Assembly (NCBI GenBank): GCA_043228905.1
Contig: JBHGNT010000017.1
Span: 8,122,001-8,186,000, forward strand
DNA from: Azolla caroliniana
Lineage: Eukaryota > Plantae > Polypodiophyta
Reading direction: 5' to 3'
Length of the DNA stretch: 64,000 nucleotides
A model generated the notes under the pieces. That model saw only the letters and a program-made list of their open reading frames with translations. It did not search any database and was not told the DNA's origin. Positions 52,201 to 64,000 of the stretch are shown here, piece after piece (positions within the stretch are counted from its first letter, which is position 1; every line of letters starts with the position of its first letter). A program made the translations under genes and the position numbers.

Positions 52201-53577
52201 TAAAAGTTGGATATCATCGCCTAAACAATGAGCCAAATATATATGTTAGAAAACCCAAATCCAATTTTGTTATCATAGGTGTCTATGTTAATGATTTGCC
52301 CTTGATCTCTAATTCCAAATCTTATCTAACTATTGCAAAGAAGGAACTTGCATATGTCTTTCCTATCACCGGTTTAGAACCTATGACACATTTTCTAGGC
52401 ATCAAAATAGAACAAATCATACTATCTCATTATCACAATCAAATTATATTAATTCTATCCTCCAAAGATTTGATATGCTCCATAGTAAGCATATTAGTAC
52501 TCCTCTTACCTCTCCATGTAAACTTTCAAATGATGATTCTCCCAAAAAATGAACGAGAAATTTCTGAAATGAAGGATGTACCCTATAAACAAATCCTTGG
52601 GTGTATAAGATATCTAGTAAGTTGGCACACGTCCCGATATTTTCTTTGCCGCCGGTTTTCTTTCTTGTTTCATGGCTAATCTAGGACCAAAGCATTGGAT
52701 TGCGCTCAAAAGATTACTATGATACTTGAAGCATACTCAACATTATGCATTGACTTACTTGGCCACACAATCTGAGTCAACCACACTTGTGCAAGGATGG
52801 AAAATTCCCTCTAGCCAACTAATTGGTTGGTTGGACTCTGATTGGGGGGTAGTTGTGGATGATCGCAAGTCAACAAGTGGCTATGTTTACGCACTCGTTG
52901 GCGCTGCAATTTTGTGGAAGTCGAAGAAACAAACTACCGTAGCATTGTCATCCACTGAAGCTGAATATGTTGTCGTAGCTTTGGCGGCTAAAGAAGGCAT
53001 ATGGATTAAAGCTATGCTCAATGAATTTAAATTATTTACTATTCCAACAGTGACTTTGTTTTGTGATAATCAATCTTGCATCAAGTTAGCCAACAATCCG
53101 AAGATGAGCGACAATATATGTCATGTGGATTTGAAGCATCACTTTCTTCGTGCATTGAAACAAAGAAGATAGATTTAAAGTTTGCTCCCACTCATCAAAT
53201 GTGGGATGATTTTCTAATGAAACCTCTTCAACATTCTAAGAATATTATTTGCTGCAAGCAAGTTGGATTAATTGATGTAATTGAAGATAACTATGAAAAT
53301 CTACACTTCTAGAAATTTTTGCTTAGGGGGGAGTGTGGAAAATCATAATAATTATAAGCAAAAATTAATTAATAAATAATAGTAATAGTTATTAGTCTTA
53401 GGAATACGGTTTCCTTCATGAGAAGGAAACCGTAATTGTATTGGTGGTGGTCTTATAAAGCCATCACCAACGATGTAATAGTTAGGGCATTATTATTATA
53501 TAATACGCGATTCTCTGTTTCCCTCAATCTCTCTCTCCCCCTTTTCTTTCTATCTGTCTTTCTTTTCTTTTCCTACA
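48993..53577 (+). mobile_element. Ty1/copia element with PR/INT core deleted and 5' LTR interrupted by a LINE
   Basis: LTRs 48993-50330 (split) and 53334-53577, TSD AGAGC, PBS TGGTATAAGAGC at 50331-50342. RT IIGSKWILRIK and RNase H DSDWG...ALSSTEAEY. Confidence 0.88.
49226..50273 (+). mobile_element. 5'-truncated non-LTR retrotransposon (RTE-X-like) in a (CT)n tract
   Basis: From ~49493: LRISSH*LEIENGRANRVPREERLCRLCHIEIEDEYHFTCKLPTYAEI. It is flanked by CT repeats and absent from the 3' LTR. Confidence 0.75.
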
Positions 53578-54489
53578 AGAGCAAGGGGGAAAAGCGAAGA
53601 TTAAAAAGTAGGGATGGGGAAGCAGAATATATATATAAGTTTATAATATACACAATATATATATATATATATAGGGCTTGAATCGCCTAAGTAAAGAAAT
53701 TTATGTTTTGAAGGGTATTCTAGTAAATAGGGCTTTGTAGATTTGAGTGTATAATTACTTTGTAAAGTGTATTTTTTTGGACATAGGGGTAGTTTGGTAA
53801 ATTTGGAACTTCCAGGGGCATTCTGGTAAATAGATGAACTTCCAGGGGTATCCTGGTACTTTTCCCTAATTTAAATTAGGCCAATGTTGGATACTACACC
53901 CTAGGTTTTACAAATTGAAAGGAAGTCTCTTTTCTTACAAAGAGATATTTATGCCTAAAAACATATTTTGTAAACAAATAATCAAGTAAATTCCTCATGC
54001 AATGCATTTTATCACATTTTTATCCTTAGGGAGAGCTTGTTGGTTAATGGGCAAACATGGAGTTGGGGGGGGGGGGGGGGATTGTAAAGGCAACACTAAT
54101 ATATCAACAAGCTTTTTGCATTATGCCACTCTGCTAATCCACAAAAAATTCAAAGCTTAGTGTGGGGCATATGTATAAATGTTATTTGACTCTTGATTCT
54201 TGATTCTTGATTTAGTAAAGTAAACCTTGGACAAAATAACTATATACGGTAGCTCCTCTGACAAGGCTACTACTATTCGATACACAATGCTACAAAGGGA
54301 AAAATGACCACCATTGTGAAATCGAGGTTGACTCAAGCCTATGGATTGAGAAGAAGCTCTTGCATGCACCCAACCAACAAGAATTGTGGGAGATGGTGAC
54401 GTGGGGTGGGGTCTTGTACAAAAATAGTTAAGGGTATTTAGTTAAATGAGTTTACATGACATGGTGTTAGAGGGCCAGAGAGAGGAAGT

Positions 54490-54526
54490 ATACACACACA
54501 CATACATACATACATACATACATACA

Positions 54527-54558
<32 letters not shown>

Positions 54559-54560
54559 CA
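54490..54560. repeat. (CA)n/(TACA)n microsatellite
   Basis: Read directly. Confidence 0.9.
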
Positions 54561-56099
54561 TGATTCAAATATAGAGAGGAAAACATTGTGGCCCCCGTAG
54601 GGTTAAAGTTCAGGCGATTTACATATATAGCCCTCCCCAAAAGACCTTTATTGGCTATAAAAACTAATCTCTATATAATTATGTTTTTGTCCTTCAAGAA
54701 ACAAGCCTATGTAGCTTCCACATCATGAACGCATGGTTAGTGAGAATGAATGCATAATTAGTGAGATTGGGTGCATGATTAGATGCATAACTAGTGAGAT
54801 TAATGAATGCATAGTGTAGTGAGCAATAAATGCCCTTCAATCAGCCATGATGGATTCAACATAGTGACAACAAAGAATCATGTTGTGCTAGCAGACAATT
54901 CCGCGATAAATCAAGGTGCAATAGTGACTCCTCATATATTAAATAAAATGAAATGTGGTCATGAGCAGGATGATGATAAATACGATAGACATTTGATTCC
55001 ATCATCATCATCATCATTAAGAACTCAGATTCCATCTAGAGATCCAATCCCAGATTCCAAGTATGAATCCAACAACTCATTAGTGTACAAGTGATGATTA
55101 GTCAATGTAGATAATTGAGAGTGTGATTTTGTGGTACAAACTTTGTGGATCATGGCGCTTGTTATATTCCTTGTAGGAAAATTGGTGGACAAGGAGTCAA
55201 GCACACACAAAGGTGTGGGACTCTACGAGACAACTAACTCGTAGATGTATGATTCTCATTCGTCACTAGGACTGAACTTGAACACCTCGACAATGGCTTC
55301 TGATGGTGTAAATATGGGCAAAAGGTTGTCAAGGATAGTCGGTATCCGAGGTACACACATACACACACATATATATGCACTTTTGGCACCGGAAGTTAGT
55401 ATTTAAATCACTCGGTTTCGCATGGATTGGAAAAAAAGCTTGGATAACTAGTAGTGTGTTGAGAGCCTTTCGTAATTATCTTTCCAAAATACCTTGTTCA
55501 ATAAAACTCACTTGGGGCAATTTAACTTTTCTAATCATCCTGTAGTGAATTTTCCTCTCTCTCTCTCTAGGGCTTTACGAAGGGTATTACGAAAATAATG
55601 AAAACTTAAAACAGAAGGGTAATTTTGGGGAATTAAATGAAATTCATGGTGTATAAACTCCTAGTTTTTTATAATTTGAAAAATGGAATTGCATTGTTGT
55701 TGGAGAAAATATTTCATGATTCATTACTAATGTCAGTGTCCATGGTATATCCTTAGAACCATAAACGTTGTAATTCATTTATCATGTTAGAGTAATTTGT
55801 TGGTGGTTTATCATGTCAACTTCCATGATGTACAAAACTATTTTAGGTTGGGACTATGCATAATTAGGGCAAAAGGATTGTGTAGGAGGTTTTGAGAGGC
55901 TAGAACTTTCTTGATATAAATAGTTGCTTTTTAGAGAGAGAAATAACATTGATGTTTATGATAATTACAAGTTAGTATCTACAAGTGACCAAATTACGAG
56001 ATGACCTACGACATCAATAAAATATTGAACTACAATGCACTCTGCCTAACATTGCAATTACGGAATTTTAAAAGGATAAATCAAAACAAAACCTGAGCT

Positions 56100-56859
56100 T
56101 GTTTATGTTGAGAGAGAGAGAGAGAGAGAGAGAATTGAAACGAAAGTATTATATTGCACTGTAAGATGGATTACAAAGAGTGGGCAACGTAGAGCTATAG
56201 AATGACGTTGAACCAATTAGGTTTTGGGATGATTGATAGATCTTGATTTAGAAGTCCCTATAGAGTAATATAGAACATTGTAGAATATTCTAGGACATTC
56301 TAGAATATATAGTAATCTAGAAGGTTTCTAGAGTATTCTAAAAGGTTCTAGTATATAGAAAACTTTAGAATATTCTAGGTCATTTTAGAGTAATATAAAA
56401 TATTCTTATAATATTAGACTATATATTTTAAAAACTATAGATATAAACATGTTATTACAATTATGGTTAACGATTTGACATGTGTATAACAAGGTCGTGG
56501 GTTCAAATCCTTTCGAGGCATGATGACACTATCCCCCTTCTTCAACGACACGTGTTACGGGTCGTAGAGTTTGTAATAGGACCTAGTTTACGAGGATATT
56601 GGCGATGAAATGTGGTGACCATATCTGACATTGGAAAGATTTGCTGAGGTTCCCATGTTCGATCATTGGGGGTATAGCCTAACCAATCAACCAAGTAATA
56701 CAACTTGTTGCACACGATTTTAGAATCGAGAATGGCAACAACCTCAAATTCGGGTCCTTCCAAGAACTCAATGGTTGGTGGGGGAGTTCTAAGATGGCCC
56801 TGAATTGAACTTGTGGTGTAAGGTTCCAAAAGGGATACATGAAACACGGATGAAGACGT
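56100..56859 (-). mobile_element. 3' fragment of a second Tcn1-like chromovirus (chromodomain, PPT, LTR starting at 56528)
   Basis: HPCFHVSLLEPY-type motif ...FEVVAILDSKIVCNKLYYLVDWLGY. Minus-strand PPT GAAGAAGGGGGATAG is followed by TGTCATCA. The distal LTR end is uncertain. Confidence 0.8.
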
Positions 56860-59348
56860 TGTCGTGAAGGATTTACTTCACGATATAAAAATAAACTTAA
56901 ATATTGTATTTAGTAATATTTCAAAAACTTGAACCCACAACCTTATAAACCAAGTACAATGTATATACCACTAAGCTAAGCTATTTGTTTTTAAAAATAT
57001 TCTCAACAATGTGCTTCACTATATAAGAATAAACCTAAATATTGTATTAAGTAAAATTGAGGGACTTGAAACCCTCAACCTTGTATACCAAGCACAAAGC
57101 ATACACCACTAAACTAGGTTACTCATTGTAAAGTTTTATGTCCATATTGTAGTTATCCCATATATATTTTCATACATGGGAGCTTAGATGAGCATGATGG
57201 CTATCATGCATCACATGCATGCCATGCATGTTATGCACCCACACAGTATCATTTTGCAAGAGAACAACTATATAAAGAGGGGGAATGAAAGTAAGAAGGG
57301 AAGCAAGGAAGAGAAACTTAGAAAATAAGATAATTAAACAAACAAGTTAGGTCATTGGGAAGAGGCTCGTGTTTCAAAATGAGAAATCAAAGAGTTCATC
57401 AATCAAAGAAGTTAGCTCATTTGGTGAGGAGCCTTGTGTTTCAAAATCGGAGTCAAGGTTCAAATCTAGAGTTTAAGGAAGAAAAGTCGTATCTTGTATC
57501 GACATTGTACAATTCGTAAAATCTTGTATTCTTAAATATAAAGCTTGTTCTTATCATACCATTTCAATTCTTCAATGATACATTGTCTCTGTCTCTTATC
57601 TATGCTCGTCTCTCTCTCTCTCTCTCTCTCTCGCACATTACTTCTAACTCTTGTTCTTCCTATCCGTAATCTTTCTAACATTGTTGCACAAGCCTTATAA
57701 AATATATAGCCACCTCCTTTTAACCTTAGTCCTTGCGACTTCGCCGCATGAACCACAACTACCCCGACACATTTGGTGAACCCGACGTGAAGGCGGTGAC
57801 AAGGAAAAATGGAGGAGCAAATGAGGCTTATGTGTTCGATGATGGAATGAATGATGCGGGAGTAGGGGATGATGGCAAGCATCGACAAAGTCGTCGACAA
57901 TATTCTCGCACGAGTAGAGATCTTCGAAGGTATGAATTTAACAAGATTTCTGAAGATTTACAAAGAGGAAATGCTGAAACAAGGTGTCGACGAAGCGACA
58001 AAAATTAATAGCTTTAGTCGAGTCGCTGCGATTGGGCTACAAGAAAGGATACAAGAGCTACAAAGAGAGCATCAGACATGGGCGACTTTCGAAAGAGCAT
58101 TATTGAATGAATACAACCTCAATAATATGTCAAGGATGACAAGGCGAGCTTTCATGGATTGGGTAGAGTTTGATAAACATTTAAGTGTTTTGGAAGTATT
58201 AAAAGAATTTTCAGAATGATTTGAGCAATTAAATGTTAGGGATAGAAATATAATAATGCCAGATAAAATAATATTGTTTCTACAAGCCACTAATATTAAA
58301 GATAGGAAGGACTTGGGAATGCTTCTGGAATATCATAATGGTCCAAGTGGACTTACCGAAGACTAGGAGGAGGTGAAAAGGGTGTGCAACCATTTCTGTA
58401 AAAGAAAGTTATGGTTTATGGAGTTTCCTGAGAGGAAGGGAGACGAAACGGGAAACAACTCGGGAGAGAAGAAACTAGAAGATTCACTCTTGCATGAGTT
58501 GGTAAAAGGCATGAAAGACTTGTCGATCAAAGTGACGAAGCTAGAATCGAGACAAAGCTCAACTTCGTCAAGGCAAGGAGGTGGAATGATCTGAAGGTGT
58601 ATGTGGTGTGACAGTATCGACCATCATAAGAAAGATTGTCAAGAAAATAGGGATGCTCTTAATCATGATAAAATCTATTATCAAGATGGTAAGATTCACA
58701 CGACAGAGACTCGACAACCACTTCAACTCAACTTCGAGCGAGGTGGAATGAAAAAACTAATGGAAGATGCCGAGAAAGGAAAAACTCAAACAATAAAATC
58801 TGTGACAACATTAGGGTTGCGCGTAGAAGACTCATATGGTGGATTTGGCTTTTGGCAAGGTGTGATGGAGTATGCAAGAAAAGGGAAGGTTCAAGTGAAT
58901 GAATTAAAAAGCGTGGGTGATGAAATACGGAACTTCATTGGATGGATGATCCAATAGACACACTATCAGCATTTGCCCAAGTGAATGTACAAGATGCACT
59001 AGTGGAAGAAAAGCGAAAGAGAGCTGAGGAGGCTGATTCGGCAAAGAAACATGAGACACAAGAACAACTTCAGAGAAGAGAGATGGAAAAGGATGCTCCT
59101 GAGTCAAAAGAAGCTGATAAAGTCAAAGGGAAGACAGACCCAACTTTTAAGCTTGCTTCGGACACAGAAGCCACGACGGATATAAAACATATCATGGAAG
59201 AAGTTACGAGAGAGTGTGCAGCAACAAGTCTCCAAGATTTGGATCATGAATCCATCAATGTTGCAGGTGTAAAGAAGATAAATGATGTGCATCCCTAAGA
59301 TCTGTCTCGCTAGACCAAGAACTTTCATTGAGAAGGTTTGGTTCACGG
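56860..59348 (+). mobile_element. 5' part of a tRNA-Trp-primed gypsy-type element (LTR 56860-57769, PBS 57774-57791, degenerate gag)
   Basis: Termini TGTCG/CGACA, PBS TGGTGAACCCGACGTGAA, gag FEGMNLTRFLKIY and knuckle CMWCDSIDHHKKDC. Confidence 0.85.
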
Positions 59349-60545
59349 TGTCGTAGTGTATTTCGTACACTACGTGAAAAACGTATAAAATAATCGATTG
59401 AATAAATATGAAGAAAAAGAAAGAAATATTAAAATATATATTACATGCATAGGGAAAAATTCAAACCTTGTACCTCCATGTTAATAATGTGAAGCCTTAC
59501 CATTACACTAACATATCATTAGTGTCAAAAAGTAGATATCCCACATAGAAAGGTAAGTTCACTCTAGGATAAACTTTAGGAAAACGCATGATAAAAGAAA
59601 AGGCGACACATGCACATCTAGCGTGCATGAACACTATAGTCGATAAAAAAACGCATGACTTTAGAAAAAAAATGTTAGAGAATATTGATTAATCTAATAC
59701 AATATACTTGTGGGATTCACAAGTTTCAATCTCTCTTTCTTATAATCTATTTATATTCTTATTAGCCTTAGAATTCTCCTCCTCCTAGTCCAAAACCCCA
59801 GCGGTTCCCACCCGACTCACGCAAACGATCTAGCGCCAAAAGGCACGACACAAGTTGGTGAACCTGATGTGAAGACAGGTGGCAAGGAGATGGAGAATCA
59901 ACAAGAGGCGATGAACACGATGATGATAATGTTCGATCGGATGCTACAAGAACAACGAGAGATGCCGGAGATCACGACGGCAGTAAAGCGGCTCATACAA
60001 CGAAACAGACAATTCAACGGAAAAGATGTGTCACACTATCTACGTGACTACAAGGCGGAGATGATGCGATGTGGGATACCAGAAGGATTGCAAGTGATTT
60101 CCTTCAATCGGGTAGCCACAGATGAGTTACAAGAAAGAATATACAAGATACGGCAACAAAATCCAACATGGGGGTCCTTTGAAGAATCTTTATGAGAGGC
60201 ATATGACTACAAGAGATCGAAGGGATGAGATCGACGCGAGTTTGACAAATGGGTTTTATCGGAGGACCCACCGAAGCGCAACAAAAGCATTCCTAGAGTT
60301 CGAGCATCGTTTTGCTCGACTCTCGGAGCGGGAACAAAGATTGGTGGGGGTAGATAAAGTCCTAATGTTCATAAGATCAATCGATCGGAAAGAAAGGATG
60401 GACATTGGGATCGAACTCGAAGACGATAACAATGCGAATGGTCTTACTCAGGATTGGGCCGATGTCGAAAGGGTATGCAAGAGACATGATGAGAGGAAGA
60501 AGAGAATCTTGTCAACAACAACATGGCCCATGAGGGATGGTCGAT
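59349..60545 (+). mobile_element. 5' part of another tRNA-Trp-primed gypsy-type element (LTR 59349-59850, PBS 59856-59873)
   Basis: Termini TGTCGT/ACGACA, PBS TGGTGAACCTGATGTGAA and gag QFNGKDVSHYLRDYKAEM...TWGSFEESL. Confidence 0.8.
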
Positions 60546-60681
60546 TGAGGACAAATGATGTAGCCAGCATGAAGGCCGAAATACAATATGATGGTACCAC
60601 GGGAGAGAGTGTGGAACAAGTCACCCTCTCGTCTTGCGAAAGAACGACGACCAAGGATAAGGTCAATGACTTAAGAGTGGC

Positions 60682-60977
60682 TTTTTCTAAAGTCATGTGT
60701 TTTTTTATCGACTATAGTGTTCATGCACGCTAGATGTGCATGTGTAGCTTTTTCTTTTATCATGCGTTTTCCTAAAGTTTATCCTAGCGTGAACTTACCT
60801 TTCTGTGTGGGACGTCTACTTTTTAACACTGATGATTTGTTAGTGTAATGATAAGGCTTCACATTATTAACATGGAGGTACAAGGTTCGAATCTTGCCCT
60901 ATGCATGTAATATATATTTTGATATTTTTTTAATTTTTTTTTCATATTTATTCAATCGGTTATTTTATACGTTTTTC
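60682..60977 (-). mobile_element. Inverted partial copy of the 59349 LTR
   Basis: Reverse complement of ~59378-59668 (e.g. TTTATCGACTATAGTGTTCATGCACGCTAGATGTGCATGTG). Confidence 0.85.
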
Positions 60978-63900
60978 AGCCTTCTTCAGACATCCAATTT
61001 TGGTTCAGCCTTCAACAGCCTTCTTCAGACATCCAATTTTGGTTCGGTCCGGTCCGACGATCAGCATGTCATCCACATACAACATGAGTATTAGGAAGTC
61101 TCCTCCATCGAACTTCTTCACAAATACGCAATGGTCGGCTTGCGTCTTGTGGTATCCTTGGTCGGTCATGAAGGAATCGAACTTCCGGTACCATTGCCGG
61201 GGAGCTTGCTTCAGTCCGTATAAGCTCTTCTTCAACCGGCACACCAGGTGCTCCTTGCCTTTCTTGATAAACCCCTCTGGTTGTTGCATGTAGATCTCTT
61301 CTTCGAGGTCACCCTGCAGGAACGTCGTCTTGATGTCTAGCTATTCGACCTCGAGGTCCATGCTGGACGCAATGCTCAATATAGTCCAGATGGATGTCAT
61401 CTTGATTACCGGGGTAAAGATCTCGTCGAAATCCACTCCCTTCTTTTGCTGGAAACCCTTCACCACAATGTGGACCTTATACCATGGTGGATTTCCAGCA
61501 TCTCCCGGTTTCAAGTTGTACACCCACTTGTTCCAAAGCGCTCTCTTTCCTTTTGGCCGCTCCGTCAATTCATATGGGTGGTTCTCATGCAGGGAATCCA
61601 TCTCATCCTGCATGGAACTTAACCACTTGCGGATGTGGGTGTCTTTCTTCACTTCCTCGAAGCTTTCCGGCTCCCCCTCGTCGGTCAGCAACACATGCTC
61701 TACATTTGGAAATCTTCGGGGGGGCCTTCTCTCTCTTAGAGGATATCTTCTTCCTTGGTCCTTGACCACCGGTTCCCCCATTTGTTCTTCATCCAAATCC
61801 GATTCGGGGTCTTGTCCGGTTCCGGTGTCCAAATCTTCTTCTTCCTCAGTCGGTTCGGTTTCTTGTCAGATTCTAGCTAGTTCTTCGAGTGCCATCCGGC
61901 TTCCAGCCGGATGGGTACTTGTGTCTTTTAACCTATCTCTATTGGTCGACCCGGAGCCCGTTATTTTCTTCTCCGACTCCCAGTAAAAAATGGTCTTGTC
62001 TTCCATGAATACTATGTCTTGACTCTGTAATACCTTCTTGTCGACCAAGTCATACAGTCGGTAGCCAAACTCATAATCACCATATCCAAGGAATATGCAT
62101 GGCCAGGACTTCGGATCCAACTTTGCTCTCTTGTCCTTTGCAACATGCACCTAAGCAAGATAGCCGAACACCTTTAGATGCCGGTAAGACACGTCTTTAC
62201 CGGTCCATACTTTCCGTGGTGTGTCTCCGCACAAGGGCGTTGATGGTGATCTATTTATCACATACGTTGTTGTCATCAGTGCCTCAGCCCAAAACGTCTT
62301 GGATAACTTGGCATGTGCCAGCATACTCCGTTAAGCTCTGGTGTCTTCAGCACAGTGAATTCGAGCCGGATTCCATTCGACCGGCAATACTCCTCGAACT
62401 ACCCCCGGTATTCTTCTTCATTATCCGCTCGAACCGCTTTCATCTTTCGGCCGGTTTCCCTTTCCACTTTCGCGTGGAGGTCCTTGAAGACGGACAATAC
62501 CTAATCCTTCGTCTTCAACGGTGAGACCCATAGCTTTCGGTTGTGATCGTCTATGAACGTCACGAAGTACTGCAATCCGGCATGTGACTTCGTGTCCACT
62601 CGGCATACGTCGGTATGCACAAGTTCCAACGGTGCATTCCATCTTGACAGTGGTCGGGTTTGAAAGGAGGTTTGGTTCTGCTTGCCAGCCAAGCCATCGA
62701 TGCATCTCTCAAGTTGTATGTCTTTCACTTCCGGAATGATGTTATCCTCGGCAAGTTTTCACATTCCTTTCTTACTCATATGGCACAACCTCTTGTGCCA
62801 TGGCTCACTGGCATTGTTGGATGCTATGTTCACTTCTTCCCGACATATCCGGGCATGCATCAGGTACAATGTGTTGATCTTCTGGGTTCGGGCCATGATC
62901 AGGCTTCCTTTGCTAAACTTCATGACTCCGTTCCGGATGCTACCCTTGTAGCCTTCATCATCCAGCCGACTAGCTAATATCAGGTTCAACCGAACCTCCG
63001 GAACATGTTGAACATCTTTCAGTCACAACTTGCACCCGGTTGATGTCATCAACCACACATCTCCTATGCCAATAATTCAGCATGCACTGTCATTTCCCAT
63101 CCGGACAGAAATGTGAGCTCCGGCTCTGTAAGATGAGAAGCACTTCCAGTCGGGGGTCAGATGGAACGACGCACCAGACTCGACCACCCACGTCATTTCA
63201 TTGCTGACAAGATGCAGCTCACTCTCCTCAGTGATGAGCAACACTTCTTCTTCACTTGTCGCGATTGCCGACGTTCCTTTCCGATCCAAACTTCTCTGGT
63301 CCGGACCCTTCTTCGAGTCGGTGTTGTTAGTTCCTTTCTCCTTCCGGAAGTGTCGGCAATTCTTCTAGAAGTTCCCTGGCTTTCCGCAATAAAAGCAAGT
63401 GGGCCTCCCCCTTGACTTCGACCTCGTCCCCGATTTGTCCCAGTTTTGGGGACTCTGATTTCGGCCTCTTCCCCCGGTTATGGTCATCTTCCGTGACCAA
63501 GGCATTCAGATCAGTTCTGGACTATTGGTCCTTCCGGCAAGCTTCTTCATCTAGCAAGCTTGATTATACCCTTGCTAGGGACAATTGTTTTACTTCCGGC
63601 TTGGTGTTGCCCAAAGTGACACTAGCGTCTCCCAACTATCCGGGCGGGAACCGAGCAAGACCAACTCAAATACCTATCAGCCAGAGGTACTTCCAGCGAG
63701 GATGTTTGATTTATGAGCCCCTGGAAAGCATGCATGTGCTCCGCCATGCTGGATCCATCTTGGTATCGAAATCTCACTAACTTCTGGAATACCAAAACCC
63801 GATTTACGACATTCTTGCTCTCTAGCATGGCTCCGATTTTCTCCTAGAGCTCATTTGCCTTATTCTCTTCATTGAAATTATTGTACAGGCTCATGTCGAT

Positions 63901-64000
63901 GAAGCATCTTGTGTATGTCGTCATCTTCATATGCATCACCTTCCAGGTCGCGTCATCGATCTTGTCTGGCCTTTTGTCCCCAAACATTACTGGTAGCCAG
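60978..64000 (-). mobile_element. Degenerate Tork-like copia gag-pol, truncated in RT and running off the window
   Basis: Same family as the 1250 ORF: RYQDGSSMAEH, WVVESGASFH, LELVHTDVC, CIFLGYG, LKKSLYGLKQAPRQWY and LYVDDMLI. Confidence 0.9.

Larger units (their letters stand above)
47019..53866. mobile_element. Non-autonomous Mutator element carrying a host-gene fragment (Pack-MULE)
   Basis: ~185-bp TIRs (47019-47130 plus 47453-47525; 53680-53866) and a perfect 9-bp TSD TAATTTAAA. It contains DUF620 sequence and no visible transposase. Confidence 0.88.

Noticed and set aside
57049-57124. Functional tRNA-Pro gene
   Set aside because: The acceptor and D stems are imperfect, the T loop has 8 nt, and it lies within an LTR. 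It is reported only as a tRNA-like module.

Overview
Land-plant nuclear DNA, most likely a seed-free plant such as a fern. This is inferred from the Tcn1-like chromoviruses, an RTE-X-like LINE and tRNA-Trp-primed gypsy elements. Most of the window is nested transposable elements around one intact host gene, a 15-exon cytosolic-type NADP-isocitrate dehydrogenase (38351-42392, +, 413 aa). Five LTR elements have both LTRs and target-site duplications (TSDs): a Tcn1-like chromovirus (12126-17807) and four Ty1/copia elements (17940-23438, 26501-35874, 30245-34319 nested on the minus strand, and 48993-53577). A 6.8-kb Mutator element (47019-53866, 9-bp TSD) carries a DUF620 host-gene fragment, i.e. 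a Pack-MULE. MULE and hAT MITEs, LINE fragments and many truncated Tork-like and gypsy remnants are also present. The most notable observations are: (1) antisense tRNA-like A-box/B-box modules near the start of the LTRs of two unrelated gypsy lineages; (2) the Pack-MULE with four layers of nesting; (3) an exact 11-nt self-priming complementarity and a -1 frameshift signal in the chromovirus; (4) inverted repeats that put the polypurine tract (PPT) in a hairpin loop in five copia elements; (5) three tRNA-Trp-primed gypsy elements. All coordinates were read by eye and no database searches were run.
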